In this document: positions 39,372 through 50,503 of the stretch, piece by piece
Layout: the number at the start of each line of letters is the position of its first letter
How positions within the stretch are numbered: the stretch's first letter is position 1
Source of the DNA: Pirellulales bacterium
GTDB lineage: Bacteria; Planctomycetota; Planctomycetia; Pirellulales; PALSA-1355
Direction: 5' to 3'
DNA length: 64,000 nt
NCBI GenBank assembly: GCA_963733035.1
Contig: CAVTBU010000003.1
Coordinates: 15,012-79,011 of the forward strand
Translations under genes and position numbers: made by a program
The notes under the pieces: model-generated
Database searches by the model: none
What the model saw: the letters and a program-made list of their open reading frames with translations, nothing else
What the model was told of the DNA's origin: nothing

Positions 39372-41164
39372 TTAGAATTCCAGTGCGCGAAAGGCCTTCA
39401 GCCCGAGCCGCATGGGAACGACCGTGGCCACGGCGCCGGTCAGGCAGGCGGCCACGATGCCACCGATCAGCCAGTATTGGATGCGGAGCGCGTCGGCGTC
39501 GGTCTGACGAACCGCCAAATAGAAATGGGTCGGCAGCGCGGTGAGCATCACGATGACGATGATGTAGATCGCGCTGATCACCAGATTGAGCGTGCCGCCG
39601 AAGCCGGCGGCGATTTTTGACGGCGACTCCTCGCGCAAATCCGGCATCTTGGCCCCCAGTCCCACCGCTATTCCGGATAGCCCAAGGCAAAGCAACAGGC
39701 AGGTCAGCTGGTGGATTGCCAGCACCAGTGGCGCCACTCGCAGCATGTAATCGCTCAGCAGGATCAACACGCAACTGGGAATCGTGGACCCGGCGGCCGC
39801 GAACAGAAACTTTCCCCACAGCACCGATTCTCGCCGCACCGGCAACATACTGAGGATCCAAAACCGCCGTCCCTCGAGGCTCAGCATCGGAAAGATGAAT
39901 CGCGTCGTGAAGGTCGACAGAATCAGCCCCACGACGGCAAGATTCAAGAAGCTGATCATGTTGACCCAGGCCGTGTAGTTCACGTCATAGCTGAACCGCC
40001 GAATATTGGCGAAATACAACGCCAACAGACCAAAGAAGATCAGGAATTGCGACCACTGGACCGGGTCGCGGCGAAACAGCCGCAGATCCTTGACGATCAA
40101 CAGCCGCATCTGCGGGGTCAACAGCGGCGTCGCCCGCATCACCAGCCGGTCCAGCCAGAAGTCGCGGCGTGGGCGCCGCCGGGCATGGTCGGTGCGTAGT
40201 TCGCTGTAGCTCGAGCGATAGATCCGACTGGCGAGCCAAACGGCCAGCACGCGCAGAAACAGCGCGTTGGAAATCAAGAGCGACAGAAACAACAGGCTTT
40301 CGGCCCAGGGTGCGCTTCCCAGCCGGCCAGCGTCGTTGCGCGACGCTTCCAATAGCCCCGAACTTAGCCACCAGCTAGGCAGCAGTCGGTGCTCGCTGAA
40401 TTGCAGTCGGCCGAGCATCTCCTGAAACCAGTTGGCGGTGAGCAGATTTCCTTCCGTCTTGGCGAACAGCGACCAGCCGACGGCCAGTATGCCGAATATT
40501 GTCAGGCCGCCAACCAGCCACAGCGCCTGCCGTCGAATGCCAGCCAAATGGTGCACGAAGAGCATGCATAGAATCGCGCCGATGCCGCCCGGGATGTAGA
40601 CAAAAGCGGCCATGAAGGGTAGCAACAGCACGAAGTAATACCAGGGCGCGTCGACTTGCAGTCCGTAGGCCACGAGCATGGGACTTCCGAGCAGCAGAAA
40701 ACCCCAACTGCTAAACACAATGGCCTCTTGAAACTTATGCAGCACGATTCGCTCGGGCGCACCGGAGTTGTCAGCAAGAACTCGGCTTCGGAGGAGCAAT
40801 ACAGCCCGCCATAGAAAATGATGGCCGAAGACAGTACGAGCATCACCAATAGCGAGGCGAAGAACACGTTGTAAATCGCCTGCACGGTCTCGGCCCGCGT
40901 GACGGGGTGGTCGATCGTCATGTCGAGAAACTGGAAGCCGCCACCAAACAATCGAAACAACCCGTACCAAAAAAGGAGACTCAACAACACGACCAGGGAA
41001 ACCCGCAAACGAGCTGTGCTCAGCGCTTGCCGAAGCATGGTCCGAATCATTTGAGCGCGGATACGCCACAGCAGCTGTGCTTCGGCTTGGGGCGAAAGCG
41101 GCGGTTTCAGCGGCGTGGCGGGATCCACGGCTACCTGGCCGAGCTGTCCGGCAAGGGAACTCAT
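39372..41164 (-). CDS. putative ABC exporter permease (frameshift near 40755)
   Basis: About 12 TM; 'KDLRLFRRDP.QWSQ', 'SLEG..FWIL..LP'. ORF 40502-41164 joins the 39372 frame at a C-run. Confidence 0.85.
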
Positions 41165-41946
41165 TGCGGGTGTCCCTCCGGCAGGGACTGGGAAGACGGG
41201 TCCACCGGGGCGGCGGCAGCTCCTTCGAGCGACGTGAAGCTGAGGTACAGGTGTTCGAGTGAAGTTTCGTGCGTGGCCAGTTGTTTTCGCAACTGATCAA
41301 TCGTACCGAGAAACCGCAGCTCCCCCTGGTCGACAATTCCCACGCGATCGGCAATTTCCTCGGCGATCGACAACAGATGCGTGGACATGAAGATCGTCTG
41401 GCCGCCGCGGGCCTTTGCCCTGAGCAAATCCTTGATGATCCGCACGCTGCGCGGATCGAGTCCGACCATGGGTTCGTCGATGACCAAGACCTTCGGATCG
41501 TGCAGCATCGCGGCGGCAAACGCGACCCGCTGTTTCATTCCATGGGAGTAGCTTTCGGTGAGATCATCGACAAAATCCCGCAGCTGAAAGACGTCGATTT
41601 GTTCGGCGATGCGCCGGTCGGCTACCTCTCGCTCCATTCCGTACATGTCGGCAATGAATCTCAGAAATTCGGCGCCGGAAAGCTTGTCGTACAGATACGG
41701 TACGTCGGGGACGTATCCCAACAGTCGATTCGCCGCGTGCTGGCTGTCACTGACGTCGTGTCCGCACAGACGAATCGAGCCCGAACTTGGATGCAGCAGC
41801 CCCACCATCATCTTGATGGTGGTGGTTTTGCCGGCCCCGTTGGGCCCCAGAAACGCGAACAACTCTCCGCGTGGGATGTGCAGGTTCAAGCGGTTGACGG
41901 CCAACTTCGCGCCGTATCGCCGCGTCACGTTTTCGAAATCAATCAT
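41161..41946 (-). CDS. ABC transporter ATP-binding protein
   Basis: GPNGAGKTT, YSHGMKQR, DEPMVGLDP, STH. Confidence 0.95.
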   Translation of the reverse strand: MIDFENVTRRYGAKLAVNRLNLHIPRGELFAFLGPNGAGKTTTIKMMVGLLHPSSGSIRLCGHDVSDSQHAANRLLGYVPDVPYLYDKLSGAEFLRFIADMYGMEREVADRRIAEQIDVFQLRDFVDDLTESYSHGMKQRVAFAAAMLHDPKVLVIDEPMVGLDPRSVRIIKDLLRAKARGGQTIFMSTHLLSIAEEIADRVGIVDQGELRFLGTIDQLRKQLATHETSLEHLYLSFTSLEGAAAAPVDPSSQSLPEGHPQ

Positions 41947-42029
41947 GCCGACGACGAACGCTCCAGCGCGTGGTTCCGGGCAAGCCCCGCGCCGACCGGA
42001 CATGCCGCGCGCGAATCGACTTGATGTTC

Positions 42030-43019
42030 CTAAGATGGTTCGGCCATCAATTCCTCGAGTTGCGCGGCCTGTTCGAGCAGCAGTCGGTCGAGCAGTTCCT
42101 GGCCCAGACCGGGCGGCAGCCGCGTGCGCCAGTTGTCTGGCAGGGCTTCCCAAACCTGGCGCGCCTGTTCGTCAGAAAGTCGCTCGAACTGGATCGGTGA
42201 CTTGAATGCGTTGACCTCCTGCCGCAACACGAGTCCGTCGTCGCGAACCCACATCCGCCCGCGGACTTCATCGCTGCTGCGGCCGGCCCCGGCGTCGCCG
42301 CGATAGACGACGACTCGGGCCTGAACGATTTCGTGATTCCACCGGAGCGGGTCTTCGCGTTCAACCGAGGCTTGCAGAATATCCATGGGACTGTGCGGAG
42401 AACGGAAGGGGGAATAGAGCGGCACGGTCCAAGTTTGCCCAACGCGGAGATTGGGAAGCCGCGACTGCGGGGAGAGTTCATCGTTCATTGGCGAGTTGGG
42501 CGTCAGCGGCTGATAGATGGTGCCGCCGATGTCGCCCGACTTGACCGTTAACTTGAGCTTGGAGTCTTCTACCTGCCCCTGCACGCGAATGGCATCGGGG
42601 ATGTCGGCCAGCCCGACGCGCGACTCGAACTCCGAGAGCCGCCCCAGCGGATCGATGACGAACCAACTCTGCTTGTCGACGTCGAGTAGTTTCAGATTCG
42701 GGAAGACCGGCTTGAGCACGCTGGTCAACCAGCCGGGAGCAAGTTCATCGAGCGGCAACTGCGACAGATAAACGCGGTTGTAGAGTTCGCTGATGCCTTC
42801 GGGGCGGTGGACGAGTTTCGTTGCTGCCCAGCCAACGGTCCGGCTCTGCATGCGAATGGTCCAGCACGTGGGCGGTCCGTCGTCGCTGTCCTCAAGGATC
42901 GTGGCGTAGCTCGGAGGCTCTCCGACCCGCAGCGGCGGAACAATCTTCGCCACCACCAACCAACTCATGGTGGCCAGCCAGAACAGGACTACGATCAGAT
43001 TGAAAGCCGGGTTCCCCAT
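42030..43019 (-). CDS. hypothetical membrane-anchored periplasmic protein (beta-rich)
   Basis: N-terminal TM; 329-aa soluble region with a beta-strand pattern; co-oriented upstream of the ABC genes. Confidence 0.8.
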   Translation of the reverse strand: MGNPAFNLIVVLFWLATMSWLVVAKIVPPLRVGEPPSYATILEDSDDGPPTCWTIRMQSRTVGWAATKLVHRPEGISELYNRVYLSQLPLDELAPGWLTSVLKPVFPNLKLLDVDKQSWFVIDPLGRLSEFESRVGLADIPDAIRVQGQVEDSKLKLTVKSGDIGGTIYQPLTPNSPMNDELSPQSRLPNLRVGQTWTVPLYSPFRSPHSPMDILQASVEREDPLRWNHEIVQARVVVYRGDAGAGRSSDEVRGRMWVRDDGLVLRQEVNAFKSPIQFERLSDEQARQVWEALPDNWRTRLPPGLGQELLDRLLLEQAAQLEELMAEPS

Positions 43020-43419
43020 GCGCTGGCGACAACGAAAAACGGGAACGGAAATTCACAAAACACTTGATCCAGTTTAATTCATTTGCAGCATCCTCGCGAG
43101 GCACTAGAGCTGGCAGTTCCGGCAAGCTGGGACGTCTGATATCCAACATACATGTTTCCCAAGTACCACGTTTTAGCGACCGGCTGGCGAACCTGGACAA
43201 ATTGGCAAGTGTCTGAGGGTAAATTGAAAGGCGAGAGGAGTTTCGTGCCGTGACGGATGACGGTGACGAGCGCATTGAGAAAACCGTTTGGATTGTGATT
43301 TCTTTCACGAATTCCGCGGGGATTACACGCAAGTAATGTCGCTTATGATTGCTGAAAATCACACGATGGCGTACGATGATGGGACTTCGCAGTGCGGGCA
43401 AGGTAACGGAGGTACCCCG

Positions 43420-43644
43420 ATGTCGCGATCGACTTATTTCGTTCAGGAATGTCCGACTTGCGGCCGTAGCTTGCAGATTTGCGTCGAACATCTCGGCCGA
43501 CAAGTCGTCTGCCAACATTGCCACGGACGATTTGAAGCGAGCCAAGGAATGCGGACGCCCCGTGGAACCGCCGCGGATCTTCTCCGGCGCGCCGACGAGC
43601 TCTTGGCGTCGTCGATGAATCAGCGACAGCCGCCCGCTGCCTAG
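43420..43644 (+). CDS. small Zn-ribbon protein
   Basis: CPTC..CQHC, 74 aa, GGAGG RBS. Confidence 0.8.
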   Translation: MSRSTYFVQECPTCGRSLQICVEHLGRQVVCQHCHGRFEASQGMRTPRGTAADLLRRADELLASSMNQRQPPAA

Positions 43645-43742
43645 TGAAGCGTCAGCTGCCAAGCGAAGATTGAGGACGACGCTGTGCGCCTCGAGCTCGT
43701 CTGCAACCCTGCAATTGTCCACGCCAGCGGGTGAATTTCTGT

Positions 43743-45030
43743 CTAGCGGCGAAGTTGCTCAAGGTCTTTCCAAAAGCCGGGGTACGTTTTGGCGGTGCAT
43801 TGTGGGTCGTTGATGATGACACCGGGGATCGCCAAACCCGGCAAGGCAAGGCTCATGGCCATGCGGTGGTCGTCGTAGGTGTCGATCGTGGCGCCGTGCA
43901 AGTCATTTGGCGAAATCCGCAGTCCGTCGGCACGCTCTTCGACGGTCGCTCCGAACTTGCGCAGCTCCGTTGCCAGGGCTCCTATGCGATCGGTTTCCTT
44001 GTGGCGGATGTGGCCGACGTTGCGGATGTTGGTTGCGCCCTGGGCAAAGAGGGCTACGGCCCCCAGGGTTTGCACGGTGTCGCTGATGGCATTCATGTCG
44101 ACGTCGACTCCCCGCAGCGGCCCGCCCTCGACGGCCGTTCCGCCCTGCTCCTCGCGGACGCGGCACCCCATCTGGGCAAGCACGTCACAAAATGCCACGT
44201 CGCCCTGCAGGCTGTGCCGGCCGAGACCCTCGACGCGGACGCGCCCAGCGGTAATTGCCGCCGCCGCCCAAAAGTAACTAGCGGCCGAGGCGTCCGGTTC
44301 AATCTCGTAGCGGGCCGCCTGATATCCCTTTGGCGCAATCTGAAAATGCTTCCAGTCCGCGGTCACTTTCAGCTCGGCGCCGAACGAGCGCATGACGGCA
44401 ACGGTCATTGCGACATACGGCACCGACACCAGTTCGCCGACAATTTCGATTTCAAACGGATTGCCGGCCTCCGCCGCCGCACAAGGTGCGGCCAGCAGCA
44501 CGGCGCTTAGAAACTGGCTGGAGACGTCGCCACGAATCGACGTCTTTCGAGCGGGTAGCCCGTTCGCATGCACGACGACCGGCGGGCAGCCGGTGGCCGC
44601 TTCGCTCTCGGCGCGGACGCCGAGGCCGCCGAGCGCGTCGAGCAGGTCTTGAATGGGTCGCTCGTGCATTCGCGGCGTACCATGCAAGCGATACGTGCCA
44701 TGGCCCAGCGCCACCAGGGCTGTCAGAAATCGTACCGTCGTGCCGCTGTTGGCGATGTATAAGTCGGCGCTCGCTACGGGTAGGCTGCCATTGCAGCCAT
44801 CGAGCTCGGCCGTGTGACGCTCGTGATCGACACGCACTGGCAGGCCGAGACGGACAAGCGCGTCGAGCATAACGCGGGTGTCTTCACTATCGAGCACGCT
44901 GGTGAGACGGCTCGTGCCTTGAGCCAATGCCGCGCAAACCACGCGCACGGTTCGTCAGGCTTTTCGAACCGGGTGGTCGCACATTTGCGTTGGGCGGCGC
45001 GGCTAGGGGTTCGATTTCGATGCTCGACAT
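43743..45030 (-). CDS. aroA: 3-phosphoshikimate 1-carboxyvinyltransferase (frameshift near 44945)
   Basis: 'PPGSKSLTNR' in the upstream frame, then 'NSGTTVRF', 'SSQFLS', 'RHKETDR', 'DDHRMAM', 'KTYP'. Confidence 0.93.
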
Positions 45031-45057
45031 GGAACAGTGCGAGGGACCAAGGAGAGT

Positions 45058-46305
45058 CTAGGGGGCGGCGATCTTCCAGAGGTGGCCGTCGCTGCGGATA
45101 TAGAGCGCGCCACCGGCGAGCGCGGGTGAGCTTTGGATCTCACCGTTGAATTGTCCGGTTCCGATCAATTTGCCTTGCTCGCCGTCATCGGCAATCTCGA
45201 CAACCTGTCCCAGACCCTTCTTGCTGACGGCATATAATCGGTTGCCGGCCAGCACCGGAGTGCCCCAGAACTCACCATCCAGCCGTGTGCGCCAGAGAAC
45301 TTTGCCATCGTCGGCGCTTGCGCAAGTGAGCACGCCGGCGCGGTTGATGGCAAGTAGCCGCCCGTCGCCAACCACGACGCTGGCCGCCCCTGGTTGTAGA
45401 TTCTGCGAGTTCCAGAGGATTTCGGGCTCGGCCCCGGAGCCGGGCTTGAGGGCCGTCACACCCTTGGAGGCAACATAGATCGTTTGGTCGGCAACCGTGG
45501 GTGACGAAATCGCATCGCAAGCGACTTCATAGGCCCACGCTTGCTGGCCGGTATCAACGCGGTGCGCGGTGAGGTGCTTGGGTGACTGCAGCAAGACGAG
45601 CGTGTCTTTGGGTTTTGAGCCGCGGAGTAAGACCGGGGACGACCAACTGGCGTCCTTGGGGCGCGGAATCTTCCAGCGCGGTTCGCCGGTCAGCTTGTCG
45701 ACGGCTGTGGCGAACGAGTCGCCTTGACATTCCACTTGCGCGATCACGACGTCGTCGGCAACCACGGGAGAACTCGACATGCCCACGTCGTTGCCGGCAG
45801 CCGGATAGTCGTGAGCCAGTCCGCGAAACCACTTCAGATTGCCATCCAAGTCAAGACAAGCCAGATCGTTGGATGAAAAGAACGCGAAGATCAGGTTGCC
45901 ATCGCTGGCCGGAGTCGGCGCCGCGTTGGCGCTGCTGGGGTGGGTCAACGTGCGACCGGTAGCCCAAAACTGGCGCTCCCAAAGTTGACTTCCGTCGGCG
46001 GCATCGAAACAAAGCACGTGCAATCGATCCTGATTGACGCCGCTTGATGCCGTGACGAATACCCGCGATCCGACCACGATCGGGCTCGACGGGCCGCGCC
46101 CTGGCAACTTCACTTTCCAGGCCACGTTCTGGCCATCGGAGTCCGACCACTGGGCCGGAGGTTGCGCCGAATCGCTCACGCTGCGGCTGTCCGGCCCCCG
46201 AAACTGCGGCCAATCGGCGGCCCGGGCTGCCAGGACGAACACTCCCGCGACGGCCGCGGTCGCAAACGCTAGCTTCCAGGTCGCGAATCTTGGCTGGTGG
46301 ATCAT
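45058..46305 (-). CDS. PQQ-binding-like beta-propeller protein
   Basis: Signal peptide + 'ADWPQFRGP', 'SSPIV', 'APTPASDG'. Confidence 0.9.
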   Translation of the reverse strand: MIHQPRFATWKLAFATAAVAGVFVLAARAADWPQFRGPDSRSVSDSAQPPAQWSDSDGQNVAWKVKLPGRGPSSPIVVGSRVFVTASSGVNQDRLHVLCFDAADGSQLWERQFWATGRTLTHPSSANAAPTPASDGNLIFAFFSSNDLACLDLDGNLKWFRGLAHDYPAAGNDVGMSSSPVVADDVVIAQVECQGDSFATAVDKLTGEPRWKIPRPKDASWSSPVLLRGSKPKDTLVLLQSPKHLTAHRVDTGQQAWAYEVACDAISSPTVADQTIYVASKGVTALKPGSGAEPEILWNSQNLQPGAASVVVGDGRLLAINRAGVLTCASADDGKVLWRTRLDGEFWGTPVLAGNRLYAVSKKGLGQVVEIADDGEQGKLIGTGQFNGEIQSSPALAGGALYIRSDGHLWKIAAP

Positions 46306-46335
46306 CTCGCAAGGTCTCCCTGGTGGGCGAGGAAA

Positions 46336-47523
46336 TTAGCGGGTGGCGCTATCGGTTTCGAGTTTTTTCGGATTCGGGTCGCTGGGGGGACGATTCGTGG
46401 CCAGTACGGCCTTGCCCGTCGGGTCGCAGACGCGGAGTTGAAAAGCCCAATTCTGCGCCCAGTCGACGGTTTGCTCGTCTTGGCAGACCTTAAGCAGGAT
46501 GACGTTGCGTCCCTTCTGCAATTCGCCGTGGCCCGTGTATTGATCGATCGCTGAGTTGGCGTGATATTTTTCCGCCTCGAAGAGCAAGTGGCCGTTGAGC
46601 CAGATCTTGCAGGCGTTTTCCGACCCCAGGCGCAATTCGATGGGCTGCTGTCGATCGCTCTCGAAATCCGCCACGGCATAGCCGACGGCGCCCATGTGTT
46701 TGCCGATGGCCTTATTGAGGTCGACCGAACCATAGGGATCGTCGGTGTGGTGCGAAAACCACTTCAACGGACCAGCGGGAGATTCGTAGGTTGCCTGAAG
46801 GTCAATTTTTTCCTCCGGAGGATAAACCGCGTTGAAGCCTTTGCCTCCGCGGTTGTCGAATGGGCCGACGAGTTTCCAGTCGACCAGGAAGCCGTAGTGG
46901 TGGGCCAGATCGACGGGCTTGCCCAGTTTTTCCAACGCCTCGGTGATCGTTTTGATCTGGTCCAGGTCGCGGGCCGCATCGAGGGCCTCACGATATTTCT
47001 CGATCGCGATCTCGGGTTTTCCGTCGCGGTCAGATTGTTCCGCACTGGTGAGCAGCCTCGCCACGGCGTCGCGGCGCATCTCCAGGCTCGGATCGTCGAG
47101 CATGTCAGGGATCAGACGCTCGGGCGCCGTTTCGTCGACGCGAGCAATCCATTCATAAGCCAGGCGGCGTGCGCGCGGGTTGTGTCCGGTGTGCGACAGG
47201 AATTTCTCCAGTCGATCGACCGGGAGTTTGCCGGTCCGCTGAACGTTCTTTTCCGCGATCGAATCGACCGCGGCTCGGAGCCAATTTTCCGCTAGCGGGC
47301 CGGCACCATCCATGCCGGCCAGAATGGTGGTCAGGTCGTCGGCGTCGGCTCGCGAAGTGAGTTCGGCCCAGGCATAACTTGCTTCGCGGTGTCCGTGCCC
47401 TTCGGGCTGCACGTTGCGGAGCGCTTTCAGCAAGGGAGCGAATTCAGGCGATTGGCCTGGCGCCGGAGCCAACCAGGACGAGATAAATAGCAACAGGATC
47501 GAGGCGCGTAGCACAAGTCGCAT
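46336..47523 (-). CDS. secreted HEAT-repeat-like protein with a C-terminal PA14/jelly-roll-like domain
   Basis: Signal peptide, helical 'DDPSLEMRRDAV' region, 'DWKLVGPF', 'KIWLNG', 'KGRNVILLK'. Confidence 0.75.
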   Translation of the reverse strand: MRLVLRASILLLFISSWLAPAPGQSPEFAPLLKALRNVQPEGHGHREASYAWAELTSRADADDLTTILAGMDGAGPLAENWLRAAVDSIAEKNVQRTGKLPVDRLEKFLSHTGHNPRARRLAYEWIARVDETAPERLIPDMLDDPSLEMRRDAVARLLTSAEQSDRDGKPEIAIEKYREALDAARDLDQIKTITEALEKLGKPVDLAHHYGFLVDWKLVGPFDNRGGKGFNAVYPPEEKIDLQATYESPAGPLKWFSHHTDDPYGSVDLNKAIGKHMGAVGYAVADFESDRQQPIELRLGSENACKIWLNGHLLFEAEKYHANSAIDQYTGHGELQKGRNVILLKVCQDEQTVDWAQNWAFQLRVCDPTGKAVLATNRPPSDPNPKKLETDSATR

Positions 47524-47767
47524 GCAAGAGTCTCGGCGGGGTACACGGCGGCGGTGGCGATATCGGCGACATTGTACCGGATGGCTCGGCACTTGGGAAC
47601 GCGGCGCCGGGGGCACTAGAGATGCGTCGTTGGTCGGCGTCGCAAGCGGTTTCGTCATTGTGCAATGCGGTTTGCCGCGACGGGCTGGCCCACCGCGCCA
47701 GCGTAGTGTGTTTCGCCGCGCGGGACTACAATAGAGACCGAACGCGGAAAAATGACCGGGAGACGCC

Positions 47768-50026
47768 ATGAAACAGGTTGATCGCGGAGGCGGCTGGCCG
47801 GCCGTCCGGTACACGCTTGCGAAAGCCTTCGAGGTCGGCGGCATCTACAAGTTGTGGAATGCCATGCGCTCGAAGAACGCATGCAAGACCTGTGCCTTGG
47901 GTATGGGCGGGCAGGCGGGTGGCATGGTCAACGAGGCCGGACACTTCCCCGAGGTGTGCAAGAAATCGCTTCAGGCGATGGCGTCAGACATGCAAGGCGC
48001 CATCCGCGACGACTTCTTCGAAACCTATTCGCTGCCGCAGCTGCAGGCTTTTACGCCGCGCGAGTTGGAAACCTGCGGACGGCTGACGGCGCCGATGATT
48101 CTGGAACGGGGTTCGCAGTATTATCGGCCACTTGGCTGGGATGATGCGCTAGGCCGCATTTCCGCGACGTTGGCCAAACTGTCGCCGGGTGAAACCTTCT
48201 GGTACGCCAGCGGCCGCAGTTCGAACGAGGCCGGTTTTTTGTTGCAACTCATGGTGCGAATGTACGGCACCAACAACGTCAACAACTGCAGCTACTACTG
48301 CCACCAGGCTAGCGGCGTGGGGCTGACCAGCGCGGTCGGCGTGGGCACGGCTACCGTTTCGCTGGACGATATCGAAGGTGCGGACCTGGTGTTCGTGATC
48401 GGTGGTAATCCGGCCAGTAATCACCCCCGACTATTGCGCACACTGGCCAATCTTCGTCGCAAGGGCGCTGAGGTGATCGTCATCAATCCGGTTGTCGAAA
48501 CCGGGATGGTCAATTTCGGTGTCCCGAGCGACGTGCGGAGCCTGCTGTTCGGTTCGCCGATCGCCAGTCTGTATGTGCAACCGCATATCGGCGGCGACCT
48601 GGCGCTGCTGGCCGGCATTGCCAAGCGGATTGAGGAAGTTGGCTGCACGGACGCGAATTTCCTCGAGTATCACTGTGAGAATTGGCCCGAACTGCGCGAC
48701 CACTTGCGATCGCTTGGTTGGGACGAAATCACAACCAAATCGGGCATCGATCGAGCGACGATCGACGAGATCGCCAAACGCTATGCGGCTGCCAAGCGAG
48801 TCGTCTTCTCCTGGACGATGGGGATCACGCATCACGTGCACGGCGTGCAAAACGTGCAGGCCATTGCAAACCTGGCGCTGATGCGCGGCATGGTCGGTAA
48901 GCCGCATTGCGGGCTGTTGCCGATTCGTGGCCATTCGAACGTGCAAGGCATGGGGTCGATCGGTGTGACTCCGGCGCTGAAAGACGCGGTTCTCAAGCGG
49001 CTTGAATCGCACTTTGGGGTTAGGATGCCGATCGAAGCGGGGCTCGATACGATGGGCTGCATGCAGGCCGCTGACGCCGGCAAGTTGAAATTTGGGTTCT
49101 GCCTGGGCGGCAATCTCTACGGTTCGAACCCAGACGCGACGTTTGCCGGCCATGCACTCGGCAAGCTGGATATGCTGGTTTATTTGAATACAACGCTGAA
49201 CACCGGTCACGCCCATGGTGTTGCGGCCCAGGACACAATCATCCTGCCTGTGTTGGCCCGCGATGAGGAACCGCAGCCGACGACGCAGGAGTCGATGTTC
49301 AGCTACGTTCGCATGAGCGACGGTGGACCACGGCGACACGCCGGTCCGCGGAGCGAAGTGGAGATCATCGCCGAGATTGCCGGGCGCGTATTGGGTTCGA
49401 CTGGTCCCATCGATTGGCAACGTCTTGCCCAGACGGGCGAACTTCGCGAAGCGATTGGGGCGATCTTTCCCGGTTGGGAGAAGATTCGCGATATCGAACG
49501 CACCCGGCAGGAATTTCAAATCGGCGGGCGGCGGTTGGCCGAACCACACTTTCCTACCGCCAGCGGCAAGGCGCGGTTGCATACGCACACGCTCCCGGAC
49601 CGGGTGAATCAGGAGGGCCACTTGCGGCTGATGACCGTGCGGAGCGAGGGGCAATTCAACACGGTTGTCTATGAAGAGTACGATCTTTACCGAGGGCAAG
49701 ATCGCCGCGACATCGTTTTGGTGCACCCCGATGATTTGAAGCGGCTGGGCCTCGTGACGGACAAACCAGTGACCGTCCGAAGTGAGGTTGGTGAAATTCG
49801 GGTGCTTGCGCGATCCTATGAAAAGATCCGTCCGGGGAACGTGTTGATGTACTACCCCGAGGCGAATGTGCTGGTTCCCCGGACCGTCGATCCGGCATCG
49901 AAAACGCCAGCGTTCAAGAACGTGGCAGTGACGCTTGAGTCCGCCGAGGCCGCCGGGCCGCGCGACCATTCGGCAGCCGAAATCGTGGGGGCCGGAGCCT
50001 CGCGAGGGCAAATGCGGGCGTGCTAG
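47768..50026 (+). CDS. FdhF/YdeP family molybdopterin oxidoreductase
   Basis: 'CKTC', 'SGRSSNEA', 'NNCSYYCH', 'NPASNHPR', 'RGHSNVQG', 'RSEGQFNT', 'SKTPAFK'. Confidence 0.93.
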   Translation: MKQVDRGGGWPAVRYTLAKAFEVGGIYKLWNAMRSKNACKTCALGMGGQAGGMVNEAGHFPEVCKKSLQAMASDMQGAIRDDFFETYSLPQLQAFTPRELETCGRLTAPMILERGSQYYRPLGWDDALGRISATLAKLSPGETFWYASGRSSNEAGFLLQLMVRMYGTNNVNNCSYYCHQASGVGLTSAVGVGTATVSLDDIEGADLVFVIGGNPASNHPRLLRTLANLRRKGAEVIVINPVVETGMVNFGVPSDVRSLLFGSPIASLYVQPHIGGDLALLAGIAKRIEEVGCTDANFLEYHCENWPELRDHLRSLGWDEITTKSGIDRATIDEIAKRYAAAKRVVFSWTMGITHHVHGVQNVQAIANLALMRGMVGKPHCGLLPIRGHSNVQGMGSIGVTPALKDAVLKRLESHFGVRMPIEAGLDTMGCMQAADAGKLKFGFCLGGNLYGSNPDATFAGHALGKLDMLVYLNTTLNTGHAHGVAAQDTIILPVLARDEEPQPTTQESMFSYVRMSDGGPRRHAGPRSEVEIIAEIAGRVLGSTGPIDWQRLAQTGELREAIGAIFPGWEKIRDIERTRQEFQIGGRRLAEPHFPTASGKARLHTHTLPDRVNQEGHLRLMTVRSEGQFNTVVYEEYDLYRGQDRRDIVLVHPDDLKRLGLVTDKPVTVRSEVGEIRVLARSYEKIRPGNVLMYYPEANVLVPRTVDPASKTPAFKNVAVTLESAEAAGPRDHSAAEIVGAGASRGQMRAC

Positions 50027-50237
50027 GGCCTTCTCGACCCTGCAAAATCTACCCAGACTAGCAGGTGCAGCTCGTGCCCCCCAAAAAGTACCGGAATTTG
50101 AGCTCTCTGACCTGTTCAGCCGACACTTGTCGTGTAAGATAGGCGGTCGCTCCATGCTTGTGGAGCCGCATGCGGCAATGGTCCACGAATTGTCGCACGC
50201 GCCCGTGATTGTGTTGCGTGGAGGGAGAGCTACCGCT

Positions 50238-50450
50238 ATGTCGTCGGGTAAGATTAAAAAGTTGGTTCAGGACAAAGGTTTCGGATTCATTCAGACTGAC
50301 AATGGGCAAGACGTGTTCTTTCACCATTCGACTGTCGCCGACCACGGCTTCGACGATCTGACCGAAGGTCAGCGTGTGGAGTACACGGTTGAAGAGGGGC
50401 AGTCGGGTTCCGGCAAGGGTCCGCGGGCTGCGTCCGTCGTTCCCGCCTGA
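50238..50450 (+). CDS. cold-shock domain protein
   Basis: RNP1 'KGFGFI', RNP2 'VFFH', 'KGPRA'. Confidence 0.95.
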   Translation: MSSGKIKKLVQDKGFGFIQTDNGQDVFFHHSTVADHGFDDLTEGQRVEYTVEEGQSGSGKGPRAASVVPA

Positions 50451-50503
50451 GCTGAGGATTCAATTCCCCCCCAGGACAACGAATTCTTAAGTCAGGAAGA
50501 ACC

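Noticed and set aside
47768-50026. FdhF/YdeP protein as a selenoprotein or part of a formate dehydrogenase complex
   Set aside because: The ORF is continuous with Cys at the active-site position (CSYYCH). There is no in-frame TGA and no partner subunits are adjacent.
50451-50500. 'GGATTCAATTCCCC' resembling a tRNA T-arm
   Set aside because: No cloverleaf can be built; it is the 3' UTR of the cold-shock gene before its terminator.
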